Numbered from the stretch's first letter, positions 36,844 through 47,227 are shown. The stretch is DNA of 64,000 nucleotides from an uncultured Solirubrobacteraceae bacterium (GCA_964588985.1 CAZPQW010000018.1:8442-72441); one strand, 5' to 3'. Notes: a model not told the origin generated them from the sequence alone. A program made the numbers and translations.

Positions 36844-37997
36844 CGCGATGCTCCGCCGACAGGCTCGAGCGCCCAGTCGGGAAGTCGGCTGGGCTGCTCG
36901 ACGGGTTCGCCGCTCATGTGCGAGCGGATGATCGAGTGACACAGCGCCACGTCGCTCAGCCCGTCGATCACGTTCGTGCGCGGATCGCGGCCGTGTTCGA
37001 TCGCGTCGGCGAGCTCGATCAACTCGCGCTTGAAGGCCTCCTGGTAGGAGAGGACCTCGACCGTGCGCGTGGAGTGCGTGGTGCCCGTCTCACCCGCCTC
37101 GGTCACGAGCTGGCTCGGCATGTCGCGCAGGTACGGTGAGGGCAGTTCGAGCGTCAGCCGGCGCTCGAGCCCGAAGAACGCGAGCTTCTGGCTGTAGCGC
37201 GCCATGCCCGGCAGGTTGACCCACGAGAGGTGGCACTCAGTCGAGCCGAAGCGCATCTCGATGTGTGTCACCTCGCGCCCCACGTTCGCGTGGCGGACCA
37301 CGTCGGGCTCGCCGAGCGCGCCGCGCAGCATGTTTAGCTCGTGGATGAGGTTGCACAGCAGCATGTAGCGGTAGCAGTGCAGCGTCTCCGGGTCCGCGTC
37401 GGGGAGCGCGCGGTGCAGCCGCGCGGCGTGCTCGGCGCGCAGCTGCGCCAGGCGCTCGGCCGGGGCGCCCTCGATCGGGAGCAGGCCGTAGTGCTGCACG
37501 TAGGGCTCGAACGGCGACTCCAGCGTGGTGCTCTGCACGAGCGGCACCGACACGCCGGGGAGCAGCTCGAGCAGCCGTTCGTAGGCCGGGTCGTAGCGCT
37601 TGTGGGTGCCGATCATGAAAGCAACGCCCGCGCCGCGCACCGCCTCGAACACCTCGCGGCCCTCCTCCAGGCCGAAGCACATCGGCTTCTCCACGAACAC
37701 ATGGCAGCCGGCAGCGATCGCCGCGAGCGCGAGCGGCGCGTGACTGTCGGGGGTCAGGTCGAGCACCACGTCCAGGCCCGCCTGGGCGAGCATCTGCTCG
37801 TAGTCGGTGAACGCCACGCCGGCTCCATATCTCTGTGCACAGCCCGCCGCGAGCGACTCGCTGATGTCGCACACCGCCGCCAGCTCGTAGCGGTCCGACA
37901 GCGCGACGAGGTGAGGCAGGTGCATGACCTGCGCGATCACGCCGCAGCCGACCACACCAACACGCAGACGCCTGTGCGTCGCTTCTCGAGCATCCAT
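36840..37997 (-). CDS. Gfo/Idh/MocA oxidoreductase
   Basis: GVVGCG, HVFVEKP, KRYDP. Confidence 0.88.
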   Translation of the reverse strand: MDAREATHRRLRVGVVGCGVIAQVMHLPHLVALSDRYELAAVCDISESLAAGCAQRYGAGVAFTDYEQMLAQAGLDVVLDLTPDSHAPLALAAIAAGCHVFVEKPMCFGLEEGREVFEAVRGAGVAFMIGTHKRYDPAYERLLELLPGVSVPLVQSTTLESPFEPYVQHYGLLPIEGAPAERLAQLRAEHAARLHRALPDADPETLHCYRYMLLCNLIHELNMLRGALGEPDVVRHANVGREVTHIEMRFGSTECHLSWVNLPGMARYSQKLAFFGLERRLTLELPSPYLRDMPSQLVTEAGETGTTHSTRTVEVLSYQEAFKRELIELADAIEHGRDPRTNVIDGLSDVALCHSIIRSHMSGEPVEQPSRLPDWALEPVGGASR

Positions 37998-38000
37998 TCG

Positions 38001-38882
38001 TTATCTCCTTGCGGTTGCGGGCGCGATCGCGGTCCGTGGGCGCCGACCAAAGGCGCTCGTGTTGCGGACACGTCGGATCAGGATCGGCAGGGCGAGCCCG
38101 AGCGCTCCGAGAGTCAGCGACGCCGCGATCAGGATCGTGGCGACGGCGTTGACTTCCGGAGTGATGCCGAACTTGACCTGCGTGTAGATGTAGATCGGCA
38201 GCGTGTTGCCGCCGCCGATCAGGAACAGCGTGATGACGAACTCGTCGAGTGAAAGAGTGAACGCGAACAGCGCGCCGGCCACTATCGCCGGCGCGAGCAG
38301 CGGCAGCACGATGCGGCGCAGCACCTGCCAGGAGCTCGCGCCGAGGTCGGCCGCGGCGCGCTCGAGCGAACGGTCGAAGCCCTCGAGGCGCGAGGCCACG
38401 ACGAGGATCACGAACGGCGTCACGTACACGCTCTGCCCGATCACCGCCGTCTGCGAGGAGAGCATCACGTGCAGCACGCTCGTGAAGAACGTCAGAAGCG
38501 ACACTCCGATCAGCAGTCCCGGGATCAGGATCGGCAGGATCAGTGCGACGCGCAGCCCGCTGCGGAACGGTATGTGGGAGCGGACCAGCGGGAACGCCGC
38601 GCAGGTGCCGACGATCGTGGCGATCGCGGTCACCTCGAGTGCGATTTTGAGCGTTTCCTCGACCGCTTCCTTGATCTGTTCGTTGTTGAAAGCGTCGGTG
38701 TACCAGTGCGTCGTCCAGCCCGTGATCGGGAGCGTGCCGTATTTGTTGGCGTTGAAGCTGAACAGCACGAGCAGGACGATCGGCGCGAACAGGAAGAAGT
38801 AGACGAGCGTCGCCCACGAGGCCAGGCCGGCCCGGATCAGGCGCTTGCGCGGCGCGACGATGTCGGCGCCCTCAAGTGCCAT
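38001..38882 (-). CDS. ABC permease, PotC-like
   Basis: EAA loop LERAAADLGA; FTLSLDEF; TPEVNA. Confidence 0.9.
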   Translation of the reverse strand: MALEGADIVAPRKRLIRAGLASWATLVYFFLFAPIVLLVLFSFNANKYGTLPITGWTTHWYTDAFNNEQIKEAVEETLKIALEVTAIATIVGTCAAFPLVRSHIPFRSGLRVALILPILIPGLLIGVSLLTFFTSVLHVMLSSQTAVIGQSVYVTPFVILVVASRLEGFDRSLERAAADLGASSWQVLRRIVLPLLAPAIVAGALFAFTLSLDEFVITLFLIGGGNTLPIYIYTQVKFGITPEVNAVATILIAASLTLGALGLALPILIRRVRNTSAFGRRPRTAIAPATARR

Positions 38883-39792
38883 GGGTGGGTCCCAGGTTTA
38901 GGCGCTTGCGGGTGAGAACCAGCAGGGCGCCGATGAACAGGGCTATAAGCAGCGAAACGGCGGCGCCGCGCGTGTACTGCGCGCCCTGGAAGAAGTTCAC
39001 CACGAGGTTGCCGATCATCACCCCGCGCGTGCCGCCGACGATCTGCGGCGTCAGGTACTCGCCGATCACCGGCACGAACACGAAGATCACCGCCGTCGTC
39101 ATCCCGGGCCGGATCTGCGGCAGCAGGATCTTGACGAGCGCGCGACGGGGCGAGGCGCCGAGATCCATCGCGGCGTACAGCAGCCGCCAGTCGAAGCGCT
39201 CGAGCGCCGCGAACAGCGTCAGCGCGGCGAACGGGAAGTACAGGTAGACCAGCACGAGGATCACCGCGGCGCGGTTGTAGAGCAGGAAGCCGAGCGGCCC
39301 GCCGATCAGCCCGATGCCCTCGAGCGCCTTGTTGAGCACCCCGCTCGGGCCGAGGATCGTCGACCACGCGGTGACGCGCAGCAGGTAGCTGGTCCAGAAG
39401 GGGATGATGATCAGCGCGAGCAGCGGCCGCCGCCGCGCCGGGCTCACATAGCGGGCCAGCCAGTAGACGAGCGGGAACGCCGCCGCGATCGCCAGCGCGG
39501 TCGCCAGCGCGGCGACCCACAGCGTGTCGAGCATCGTCGCCACGTACGTCGATGTGCCGAAGAAGTAGGTGTAGTTTTCGAACGTCCAGTGGTGGACGAC
39601 GTTGTAGTTCTCGACCGTCCAGAAGCTGTAGAGGACGATCAGCACGATCGGCGCCAGGAAGAAGCCTCCATAGAGCACGAGCGCCGGCGAGAAGCCTGCG
39701 TAGGCGCGCCATCCCTGCACGCGCCTACGCAGACCCTCCCTCGCCGAGCCCGCCGATGCGGAGGCATGCATCGGTTGGGCTGCCGAGCTCAA
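38872..39792 (-). CDS. ABC permease, PotB-like
   Basis: PFWTSYLLR; AAMDLGA; GEYLTP. Start TTG 39792 or ATG 39771. Confidence 0.9.
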   Translation of the reverse strand: MSSAAQPMHASASAGSAREGLRRRVQGWRAYAGFSPALVLYGGFFLAPIVLIVLYSFWTVENYNVVHHWTFENYTYFFGTSTYVATMLDTLWVAALATALAIAAAFPLVYWLARYVSPARRRPLLALIIIPFWTSYLLRVTAWSTILGPSGVLNKALEGIGLIGGPLGFLLYNRAAVILVLVYLYFPFAALTLFAALERFDWRLLYAAMDLGASPRRALVKILLPQIRPGMTTAVIFVFVPVIGEYLTPQIVGGTRGVMIGNLVVNFFQGAQYTRGAAVSLLIALFIGALLVLTRKRLNLGPTHGT

Positions 39793-39793
39793 C

Positions 39794-40900
39794 TCAGACT
39801 CCGAACACCTGGTTGAAAGCGTCGATGTAGGCCTGCTCGTTGCCCGAGGGTCCCTTCAGGTGCATTTCCAGGGCGCGCTCCGGCGTGTTGTAGAAGAGGC
39901 CGTCCGCACGGTCCTTGTACCCCTGGTTGACGAGCAGCTTGTAGGCCTGCTCGTTGAACAACGGACGCCCGTTGGCGATGAAGTTCTGGGCGATCCACTT
40001 CGCCTGGGCGATCGAGTTCATGAACTGTGGGAAGCGGTTGCGGTGCTTGGAGGCCTTGACGATCTGCTCGCCGTCAATGAAGCCGACGACCCCCTCGCTG
40101 GGCGTAGCCATCTTCACCGTCGGGCCGCCCGCTTCCTTGACGCGGAACTGGGTCCCGAGGTTGCAGATCACCATCGCCGCCGAGCCGTCGGCGAGCGCCC
40201 GGACGGTTTCGGAGTTCTGCGAGACGAGCTTCAGGAACGCGGGCTTCGCCGCCTTCAGGAACTGCTGGGCTTTGGCGATTTCCGCGGTGCTCATATTGTA
40301 CGGCTGCTTCGAGCCGGTCGCCAGGCCGGCCATCGCCATCAGGTCGGCGGGCTGGTTTTCGGCGACGACCTTGCCGGCGTACTTGGCTTCCGTCAGGACG
40401 TGCCAGGAGGTCGGCGCGGGCGAGACCTTCGCGGGGTCGTAGTAGATCTGCACGGTCGACCATCCGTTGGGGTAACCGAGGTAGCCGCCGCCCACCTCCC
40501 AGAAGGGGAACGAGCGCGCGAGCGGGTAGAGCTGCGAGGACGCCGCGATCGAGTTGATGTCGAACGGTTCGTTGAGGCCTTCGGAGTGGTACTTCTGCAT
40601 CCACAGCGCGTCCGCGGAGACGACGTCGTACTGCGAACCGGTCTGTTTGATCTTCAGGAAGCCGTCCGAGTCTTCGTTCTCGAGGCTGGGTCGGGCGGTG
40701 ATGCCGGTTTCCTTGGCCACCGCGGCCAGCTGCGCCGGCAGGTAGTGGTCGTTCCAGGTCTCCCAGTTGAGCGTCACCGCCCCGGTCGCCGAGCCGAGGC
40801 TTTTGCTCGAGCCCCCGCAGGCCGTCAGGTAGAAGCCAACCGTTCCCAGCGCACCGAACTTGAGCGCGTCGCGACGCGTGAGTGTTCTTTCGTCCTGCAT
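39794..40900 (-). CDS. ABC substrate-binding lipoprotein, PotD/PotF-like, Tat-exported
   Basis: TRRDALK twin-Arg; LTAC lipobox; PTSW; PSEG. Confidence 0.85.
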   Translation of the reverse strand: MQDERTLTRRDALKFGALGTVGFYLTACGGSSKSLGSATGAVTLNWETWNDHYLPAQLAAVAKETGITARPSLENEDSDGFLKIKQTGSQYDVVSADALWMQKYHSEGLNEPFDINSIAASSQLYPLARSFPFWEVGGGYLGYPNGWSTVQIYYDPAKVSPAPTSWHVLTEAKYAGKVVAENQPADLMAMAGLATGSKQPYNMSTAEIAKAQQFLKAAKPAFLKLVSQNSETVRALADGSAAMVICNLGTQFRVKEAGGPTVKMATPSEGVVGFIDGEQIVKASKHRNRFPQFMNSIAQAKWIAQNFIANGRPLFNEQAYKLLVNQGYKDRADGLFYNTPERALEMHLKGPSGNEQAYIDAFNQVFGV

Positions 40901-40915
40901 GCTCGACCTACCCCC

Positions 40916-41983
40916 TTACCGTGTTGTTTCGAGCAGCGTGGCGTCGCCAGCTGCCCACGTGACCAGCACCACCGATTCGTCCGCGAACTGCTCCGCGTCC
41001 GCCCTTGTGACCGCTGCGGCGAGCTCGGTTCCGAGCCGGTCGCAGCGAATCGTCAGCCTCGTGTGACTGCCCAGGAACGAGCGCTGGATCACGCGGCCCC
41101 TGAGGCCCTCGCGCGACTCCGCCCGCTCGAGGACGGTGATCGCCTCCGGGCGCACGGCGAGCACCGCCTTCTTCCAGCGCTCGCCGTTCACCTCGCAGGC
41201 CAGCGCACTGCCGTCGCCCGCCAGCACGGTGCCGTCCTCGCTCAGCGACACCTCCACGAAGTTCGACTCGCCGATGAAGTCGGCCACGAAGCGCGAGCCG
41301 GGGCGCCGGTAGATCTCCTCCGGAGTGCCGACCTGTTCGAGGCGCCCCTCGTGCATAACGGCGATGCGATCGGCCATCGCCATCGCCTCGTCCTGGTCGT
41401 GGGTCACGAACACGAACGTGGTTCCCACCTCACGGTGGATGTTGGAAAGCTCGATCTGCAGCCGCCGCCGCAGCTTGAGGTCGAGCGCGCCGAGCGGCTC
41501 GTCGAGCAGCAGCACCGCGGGCCGGTTCACCAGCGCCCGTGCGACCGCTACCCGCTGCTGCTGGCCGCCGGAGAGTTCGCTGGGCCGCCGCTCACCCTGT
41601 TCCTCCAGGCCCACCAGCGCGAGCGCGTCGGCGACGCGCTCGTCGATCTCCGAGCGCTTGACCTTGTTCATCGCAGGCCCGAACGCGACGTTGTCGCGCA
41701 CCGTCATGTGCGGGAACAGGGCGTAGCTCTGGAAGACGGTGTTGACGTTGCGCCGGTGCGGAGGGATCTCGTTGGCGCGCCTGCCGGCGATCAGGATCTC
41801 GCCGCCGCTCGCCTCGACGAACCCGCCGATCAGGTTGAGCGTCGTCGTCTTGCCGCAGCCGGAAGGGCCGAGCAGGCAGAAGAACTCGCCGTCCTTGATC
41901 TCCAGGTCGATCGGCTCGAGCGCCACGTGCTTGCCGTAGCGCTTTTCCACGCCGCGGAGCTCGATCGCGTTCTCGCCGCTCAC
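40916..41983 (-). CDS. ABC ATPase, PotA-like
   Basis: GPSGCGKT, VFQSYALFPH, LSGGQQQR, LLLDEP, VTHDQ; C-terminal TOBE. Confidence 0.92.
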   Translation of the reverse strand: MSGENAIELRGVEKRYGKHVALEPIDLEIKDGEFFCLLGPSGCGKTTTLNLIGGFVEASGGEILIAGRRANEIPPHRRNVNTVFQSYALFPHMTVRDNVAFGPAMNKVKRSEIDERVADALALVGLEEQGERRPSELSGGQQQRVAVARALVNRPAVLLLDEPLGALDLKLRRRLQIELSNIHREVGTTFVFVTHDQDEAMAMADRIAVMHEGRLEQVGTPEEIYRRPGSRFVADFIGESNFVEVSLSEDGTVLAGDGSALACEVNGERWKKAVLAVRPEAITVLERAESREGLRGRVIQRSFLGSHTRLTIRCDRLGTELAAAVTRADAEQFADESVVLVTWAAGDATLLETTR

Positions 41984-43032
41984 GCGATCGCCTCTCCGAG
42001 CGAGGAGGTCGCGTCGTACTCGCATCCGCAGGATCGCCGCAGCACGAGCTTCACCTCGATCTTCGACTCGCTCCAGGTCGGCGTGTCGGCGTCGATCGCC
42101 GCCAGCAGCAGTCGCGCCGCCTCCGAGCCGATCGAGCGCGTGTCGTAGGAGATGGCGGTCAGCGGCGGCTCCAGCAGCGGGGCGAAGTAGACGTCGTCGA
42201 AGGACACGAGGGCGAGGTCCTGGGGTATCGACAGGCCGGAACCGCGGGCGGCCGCGAGTGCGCCGAGCGCGATCTCCGCGCTGGCCGCGACGATCGCCCG
42301 CGGACGCTCTCCGTGCCCGAGCAGCTCCACCGCCCCGCGGTAGCCGCTCGCGATCGTCCAGTCGCAGCTGCGCACGATCTCGGGGTCGACCGCCAGCGCG
42401 TTCGCCGCCATCGCGTCGGAGAAGCCGCGACGACGCTCTTTGCCGCTCGAGCGATCCTCGGGACCGGAGAGGTAGCCGATTCGGGTGTGGCCGTGTGAGG
42501 CGACGTGATCGACGAGCAGGCCGACCCCGCGCGCGTTCTCCAACACCACGTTGCCGACGCCCAGCCCCGGCAGCAACTCGTCGACACACACGCAGGGCGT
42601 GGAACCGAGCACCTCCTCGAGCGGCTCGGCGCCGACCGGCGCGGTTGACAACAGCAGCCCATCGACTTCCTGGTCTACGAGTGTCTGCAGCGCTTTGCCG
42701 ACTCGCTCGCTCTCCTCGCCGCTGTCGACGAGGATCAGCCGGTAGCCGTGCTCTTCGAGCATCGCCTGCGCTCCCTCCGTGACGCCGGCGTAGAAGGCGT
42801 GTGAGATGTTCGGCACGACGAGCCCGATCGTCAGGGACCGTCGCGTGCGAAGCGAGCGAGCAACTGGCGAAGGGCGAAAGCCAAGCTCCTCTGCCGCGCG
42901 CCGGACGGCGAGCCTCGTCTTGTCGGAAAGCTCCCCGCGTCCGTTCAGCGCTCGCGATGCCGTCGCGATCGACACGTTCGCGCGACTGGCGACGTCTGCG
43001 AGCAGTGGGCGACGAGTCTCGGTCGAGTGCAT
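41980..43032 (-). CDS. LacI family repressor
   Basis: LADVASRANVSIATASRALN; SFDD; PPLTAI. Confidence 0.93.
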   Translation of the reverse strand: MHSTETRRPLLADVASRANVSIATASRALNGRGELSDKTRLAVRRAAEELGFRPSPVARSLRTRRSLTIGLVVPNISHAFYAGVTEGAQAMLEEHGYRLILVDSGEESERVGKALQTLVDQEVDGLLLSTAPVGAEPLEEVLGSTPCVCVDELLPGLGVGNVVLENARGVGLLVDHVASHGHTRIGYLSGPEDRSSGKERRRGFSDAMAANALAVDPEIVRSCDWTIASGYRGAVELLGHGERPRAIVAASAEIALGALAAARGSGLSIPQDLALVSFDDVYFAPLLEPPLTAISYDTRSIGSEAARLLLAAIDADTPTWSESKIEVKLVLRRSCGCEYDATSSLGEAIA

Positions 43033-43043
43033 AGGCGCGAGAT

Positions 43044-43107
43044 CGTTTGCGCAAACGGTTGCGCAAACGATTGCGGCATTTTATACATTGCCGTATCTAA
43101 ACGTCAA
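43044..43107 (-). promoter_or_regulatory. sigma-A promoter (TTGACG-N18-TAAAAT) with tandem LacI-type operators
   Basis: -35 at 43107-43102, -10 at 43083-43078; GCAAACGGTTGC (43051-62) and GCAAACGATTGC (43063-74) cover the predicted start site. Confidence 0.75.
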
Positions 43108-43113
43108 CCCCAG

Positions 43114-44979
43114 TCAGCGATGTCGGATGAGGCGGACGTGCCGCGTCTCGATCTCTGAGGGAGCCGGCGATGGCTCTACGAGCCTGAGGCTCGCCCACAG
43201 CCTGCCGTGAGCTGCCTTCAAGAGCGCCCGGCCAGCCACGTCGAGCTTGAGTCCGATCGTGGCGGTCGTGCCAGGAGCGATGGCAAAGGTCGCGGTCCCG
43301 ATTTTCTCCACCTTCGTGCGGTGTCGTCGGCGGTGTGTCCTCACGCTCAGCGCGAGGCGGCCGACGCATCTCGTCGTTCCCGCGCAGGACAGCCTGACCA
43401 CTGCCCGACCGTTCCGATGAACGACGATCGCGGAGCCGACGAGCGACACGCGGGCACGTGGCACCGTCGTCGTGCGGTGCGGAGTTGGCGTGGTTCCGGC
43501 TGCCATCAGGCGGGTGTTGCCGAATTCGTCCCAGTAGCGCCCGAGCGCGGCACACGATCCCATCGCGGGACAGGCCAACATTTCGAGTTCGGCTCGGTTG
43601 CCAGATTGGCGACTTGGCACATCGAAAGGTGCGGTGATTTCGCTCGCCTGCCCCCATTCGCCCTTTGTCTCACCCACCGCCATCGCGTTTGGACCGAGGG
43701 TGTCGCTGTATTCGCCTGTTGCCACACACGAGTCCGACCCGGCGCACGCGACATATCGCAGCTCGGCGCTCGCCCTGCTGCCCGCAGCGGACGGCGGGGC
43801 GATCTCGCTCGCCCGACCCCAGATGCCGCCCGAGGCGCTCACCGCCACCGCATATCCTCCGCCTGACGAGCTGGTCTCGTCGTAGCCAACCGCGAAGCAC
43901 CGCCCCGATCGAGGACACGCGACCGAGCGCAAGGTCGTCGATTTCGCCAGCGGGTTCGGTGGCGGCGAAATCGGGCTCGCGGTGCCCCACTTGCCGTTGG
44001 ACTCGCTCACCCCGACGGCCAGGCCCCCGGAGCCCATGCCGACCGCGACGCACGGTCCCGAGGCCGGACATGCGACGGAGTAGAGGCGAACGTCAGCTGC
44101 GCTTTCGGGCGTGGACGTGATTTCACTGGCTGGCGCCCAGACGCCGTTTGACTCGGTCAGCCCCAACCCGCGCTGCTGATGCGAGACGTCGGTGTAGTCG
44201 CCGACGGCGACGCAGGGCCCCGAGGCCGTACATGCCAGAGGAGCCAGTTCGACGACGTAGTTCGATGCGTCGTTGGCCGGCAGGGAGATCTTCTGTGGCT
44301 GGCCCCACACCCCGTTCGACTCGCTCACGCCCATCACCCGCACCGACCCCGAGCGGCCGGTGCCGAGCGCGACACACGAGCCGGGGGCCCGGCATGCGAT
44401 CGACCGCAGAACGACCCCGGGAATCTCGATCGCCTGGCCCCACACTCCGCCCGACTCGCTCACCGCCATCGCCTGATCTTCATCCGAGCTGTCGAGGTAC
44501 TCCCCGATCGCAACACACGAGCCGGACGCTGGGCAGGCGACCGAATCGAGTCTCGCCTCGGTGAAGAGAGCATGACTCGATGGAGGCGTCACCTCGACCG
44601 CCTGGCTCCACACGTCACCGCCGGTCTCGCCCACCACCATCGCGTTCCCTCCGGTTGCTTCGCCGGAGCCATACGCTCCTACCGCGACGCACGCCCCGGA
44701 CGGCGGACACGCAACAGCGTCGAGTCGCCCGAACATCTGCGGCCCGGGGAAGCGGAACGGTCCGAAGAACGCATTCGCCGGCAACGCGACCCCGGTCGAA
44801 GGACCAGGGGGTAGAGACGCCGCGTCGGCGCTTGCGCCGCACGACACTACGATCGCCGCCACCACGGCGAGGACCCGTGCGCCCGCTGCGAGGCGACGGC
44901 GCCGATTCGAACCACGCGCCTGCGTCCCCCCATACGACCAGTTGCGATTGTTCGATCGCGACACTGACCGCCTAAACAT
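43114..44979 (-). CDS. secreted Cys-repeat (beta-propeller-like) protein
   Basis: Eight L-x-x-[VIL]-A-C-x5-C-x-A-x-G repeats; signal peptide; C-terminal beta-rich domain. Confidence 0.75.
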   Translation of the reverse strand: MFRRSVSRSNNRNWSYGGTQARGSNRRRRLAAGARVLAVVAAIVVSCGASADAASLPPGPSTGVALPANAFFGPFRFPGPQMFGRLDAVACPPSGACVAVGAYGSGEATGGNAMVVGETGGDVWSQAVEVTPPSSHALFTEARLDSVACPASGSCVAIGEYLDSSDEDQAMAVSESGGVWGQAIEIPGVVLRSIACRAPGSCVALGTGRSGSVRVMGVSESNGVWGQPQKISLPANDASNYVVELAPLACTASGPCVAVGDYTDVSHQQRGLGLTESNGVWAPASEITSTPESAADVRLYSVACPASGPCVAVGMGSGGLAVGVSESNGKWGTASPISPPPNPLAKSTTLRSVACPRSGRCFAVGYDETSSSGGGYAVAVSASGGIWGRASEIAPPSAAGSRASAELRYVACAGSDSCVATGEYSDTLGPNAMAVGETKGEWGQASEITAPFDVPSRQSGNRAELEMLACPAMGSCAALGRYWDEFGNTRLMAAGTTPTPHRTTTVPRARVSLVGSAIVVHRNGRAVVRLSCAGTTRCVGRLALSVRTHRRRHRTKVEKIGTATFAIAPGTTATIGLKLDVAGRALLKAAHGRLWASLRLVEPSPAPSEIETRHVRLIRHR

Positions 44980-45027
44980 GCAGCTGGGACTGAAGTTGCG
45001 CCGTCCAGTCCCCTCCCCGGCGGGGCC

Positions 45028-45402
45028 CTACTCCACGGGTCGATACCCGGAGCACAGCACGCGCATCCACACGATCCGCCCGTCGCGCTCGGAGAGGTAG
45101 GCCTGCTGCTCTAGCACGAACGGCCCGTCCACGTTGGTCCCGCTGAAGCGGTAGCCGACTCGTTCGCGGTCGGCGAACGCGTCCGTCTCGAGCCGGTCGA
45201 GCGTCTCGATCTCGTCTGAGTCCTTGAACCACTTCTGCAACACCTCCGAGACCACCGTCTCGGGGTCGCCCGCCTCCCAGTCGCGGCGCGGCGTCAGCGC
45301 GCGGAACTCGATCTCTGGATCCATCAGCTCGGCGACCCGGTCGAAGTCCTTGGCGGCGAGCGCACGCGCGAACGTTGCGCCAAGAGTCTGCTGTTCGGAC
45401 AT
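45028..45402 (-). CDS. SnoaL/NTF2-like protein
   Basis: FARALAAKDF..LMDPEIEF..DGRIVWMRVLCSG. Confidence 0.75.
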   Translation of the reverse strand: MSEQQTLGATFARALAAKDFDRVAELMDPEIEFRALTPRRDWEAGDPETVVSEVLQKWFKDSDEIETLDRLETDAFADRERVGYRFSGTNVDGPFVLEQQAYLSERDGRIVWMRVLCSGYRPVE

Positions 45403-45433
45403 GTGGCGAGTATCGCGCCCGTCAGGCGGGTCG

Positions 45434-46186
45434 TCAACCCACGTGTTCGACCATTACCGGCCCCGGACGCAGGACATCGGGGTCGTGGCCGGGCATGACC
45501 GTGAGGCCCGCGTCGCGCATCGCGCGCAGGCGATCCGCGGAGCGTCCCTGTTGCTCGTGATCGTCGGCGAAAATCGGAAAGCGGCGGTCGTCGAGACCGG
45601 TAGCGAAGTGGGCCACATCGGCGCCGAGCACCACGTCGCCGACACGAACAGATTGGTGACCGGGCGTGTGTCCAGAGGTGAGCAGCAGCTCGACGCTGCC
45701 GTCGCCGAGGAGGTCGCAATCTCCGTCGACCAACACCACCTCGCGGCCAGCGCCGGCGTAGTCGCGCGGTAGGTAGACGTTGCGCTGGACGGCCGCGTCG
45801 TCGTGCGCTGCCTCCCACTCGGTGCGCTGAACCACGACGGGCACGGATGCGGGGATGAGATGCAGTCCGCCGACGTGGTCCCAATGCAGGTGCGTCAGCA
45901 CGACCTTCGTCAGCGTCCCCACATCGATCCGCTCGGCAACGCTCTGCTCCTGCTCCATGGAGAACACCGAGAAGATATCCGGCCGCTCGTAGAAGGAGGC
46001 CGGATCCGCGATCGCCTCGGGGTTCAGCCCGGTGTCGATCAGGATCCGCTCGGTCGCCGTCTCGACCACGTACGCGGGCACGGGGTATCGAAACTGGCGA
46101 TCCATCTCCTCGCCCCTGCGCAGGATCCCGGCTGGAGCTGTGAACCAGCCCACGTCGAGCATCTCGATCTTCACGGTGTCCTCCAT
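45434..46186 (-). CDS. N-acyl-homoserine-lactonase-family metallo-beta-lactamase
   Basis: LIDTG, THLHWDHVGG, GHTPGH, GAD, PGHD. Confidence 0.85.
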   Translation of the reverse strand: MEDTVKIEMLDVGWFTAPAGILRRGEEMDRQFRYPVPAYVVETATERILIDTGLNPEAIADPASFYERPDIFSVFSMEQEQSVAERIDVGTLTKVVLTHLHWDHVGGLHLIPASVPVVVQRTEWEAAHDDAAVQRNVYLPRDYAGAGREVVLVDGDCDLLGDGSVELLLTSGHTPGHQSVRVGDVVLGADVAHFATGLDDRRFPIFADDHEQQGRSADRLRAMRDAGLTVMPGHDPDVLRPGPVMVEHVG

Positions 46187-46260
46187 CGCTCGTCGGGTGA
46201 GCAAGCACCGTAAGCGCCGCCGCGATACGAGATGCGACCTGTTGGATATGGTTTGCGACA

Positions 46261-47202
46261 ATGCGCGTTGGCATCGCCGTCCCTCCTGGCTGCTTTGACT
46301 CGGGCCTCGCCGTGCTGCTCGACGTGTTGCGCGCGGCCGACGCGCTTCGCCCCCAGGTCGACGCGGCGATCGACCCGATCGAGATCACGCTGATCGGCGG
46401 CGCCACGCGCACCGTCACCGGCGCGGGCTTCTCGATCGCGGTCGACAGGCGCGTCGGCGAGAACTCCGCGCTCCACGATCTCGACGTGCTCACCGTCCCG
46501 GGTCTCGGGGCGAGCACCGCTTCGGCACTCCAGGACACGCTCGCGAGCCGGCCACTTCGAGAGCTGCGCGGGTGGCTCGCCGATCAACACGAGGGCCTAC
46601 CGCTCGCGGCTGCCTGCACCGGCACGTTCGTGCTCGCCGAGGCCGGCCTGCTCGACGGCCGCACCGCCACGACCACCTGGTGGCTCGCGGGAGAGTTCGC
46701 CCGCCGCTACAAGCGCGTCGAGCTCGACATGTCGCGCATGGTCATCCACAGCGGCCCCGTCACCACCGCGGGAGCGGCGTTCGCGCACATCGACCTCGCG
46801 ATGAGCCTCGTCTCCCGCGCGAGCCCACGCCTCGCGGAGACGGTCGCGCGCTTCATGCTCGTCGACAAGCGCCCCGCGCTCAGCGTCGAGACCGCGATCG
46901 CCCACCTCGCCGACGCCGACGCGCTCGTCACAGAGTTCGAGGAATGGGTGCGCGCCCACCTCGACCAGGAGGACCTCAACGTCACAGCCGCCGCGCGCGC
47001 GATCGGAACGACCCGACGGACGCTCGAGCGTCGAACCCGCGTCCGAACCGGAGATACCCCCCACGCCCTGATCCAGCGCCTGCGCGTCGAGCGAGCCCGC
47101 CACCTGCGGCGCACGACGAGCCTCAGCTTCGAGCAGATCGCGCCGCGCGTCGGCTACAGGAACGCATCGACTCTGCGGGCGCTTCTGCGCCGAGCGGCGT
47201 GA
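46261..47202 (+). CDS. GlxA-family AraC regulator (DJ-1/PfpI + HTH)
   Basis: [16 protein letters not shown]; RRTLERR; [10 protein letters not shown]. Confidence 0.9.
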   Translation: MRVGIAVPPGCFDSGLAVLLDVLRAADALRPQVDAAIDPIEITLIGGATRTVTGAGFSIAVDRRVGENSALHDLDVLTVPGLGASTASALQDTLASRPLRELRGWLADQHEGLPLAAACTGTFVLAEAGLLDGRTATTTWWLAGEFARRYKRVELDMSRMVIHSGPVTTAGAAFAHIDLAMSLVSRASPRLAETVARFMLVDKRPALSVETAIAHLADADALVTEFEEWVRAHLDQEDLNVTAAARAIGTTRRTLERRTRVRTGDTPHALIQRLRVERARHLRRTTSLSFEQIAPRVGYRNASTLRALLRRAA

Positions 47203-47227
47203 ACTTCGGAGGGACTACCCTCGACAC

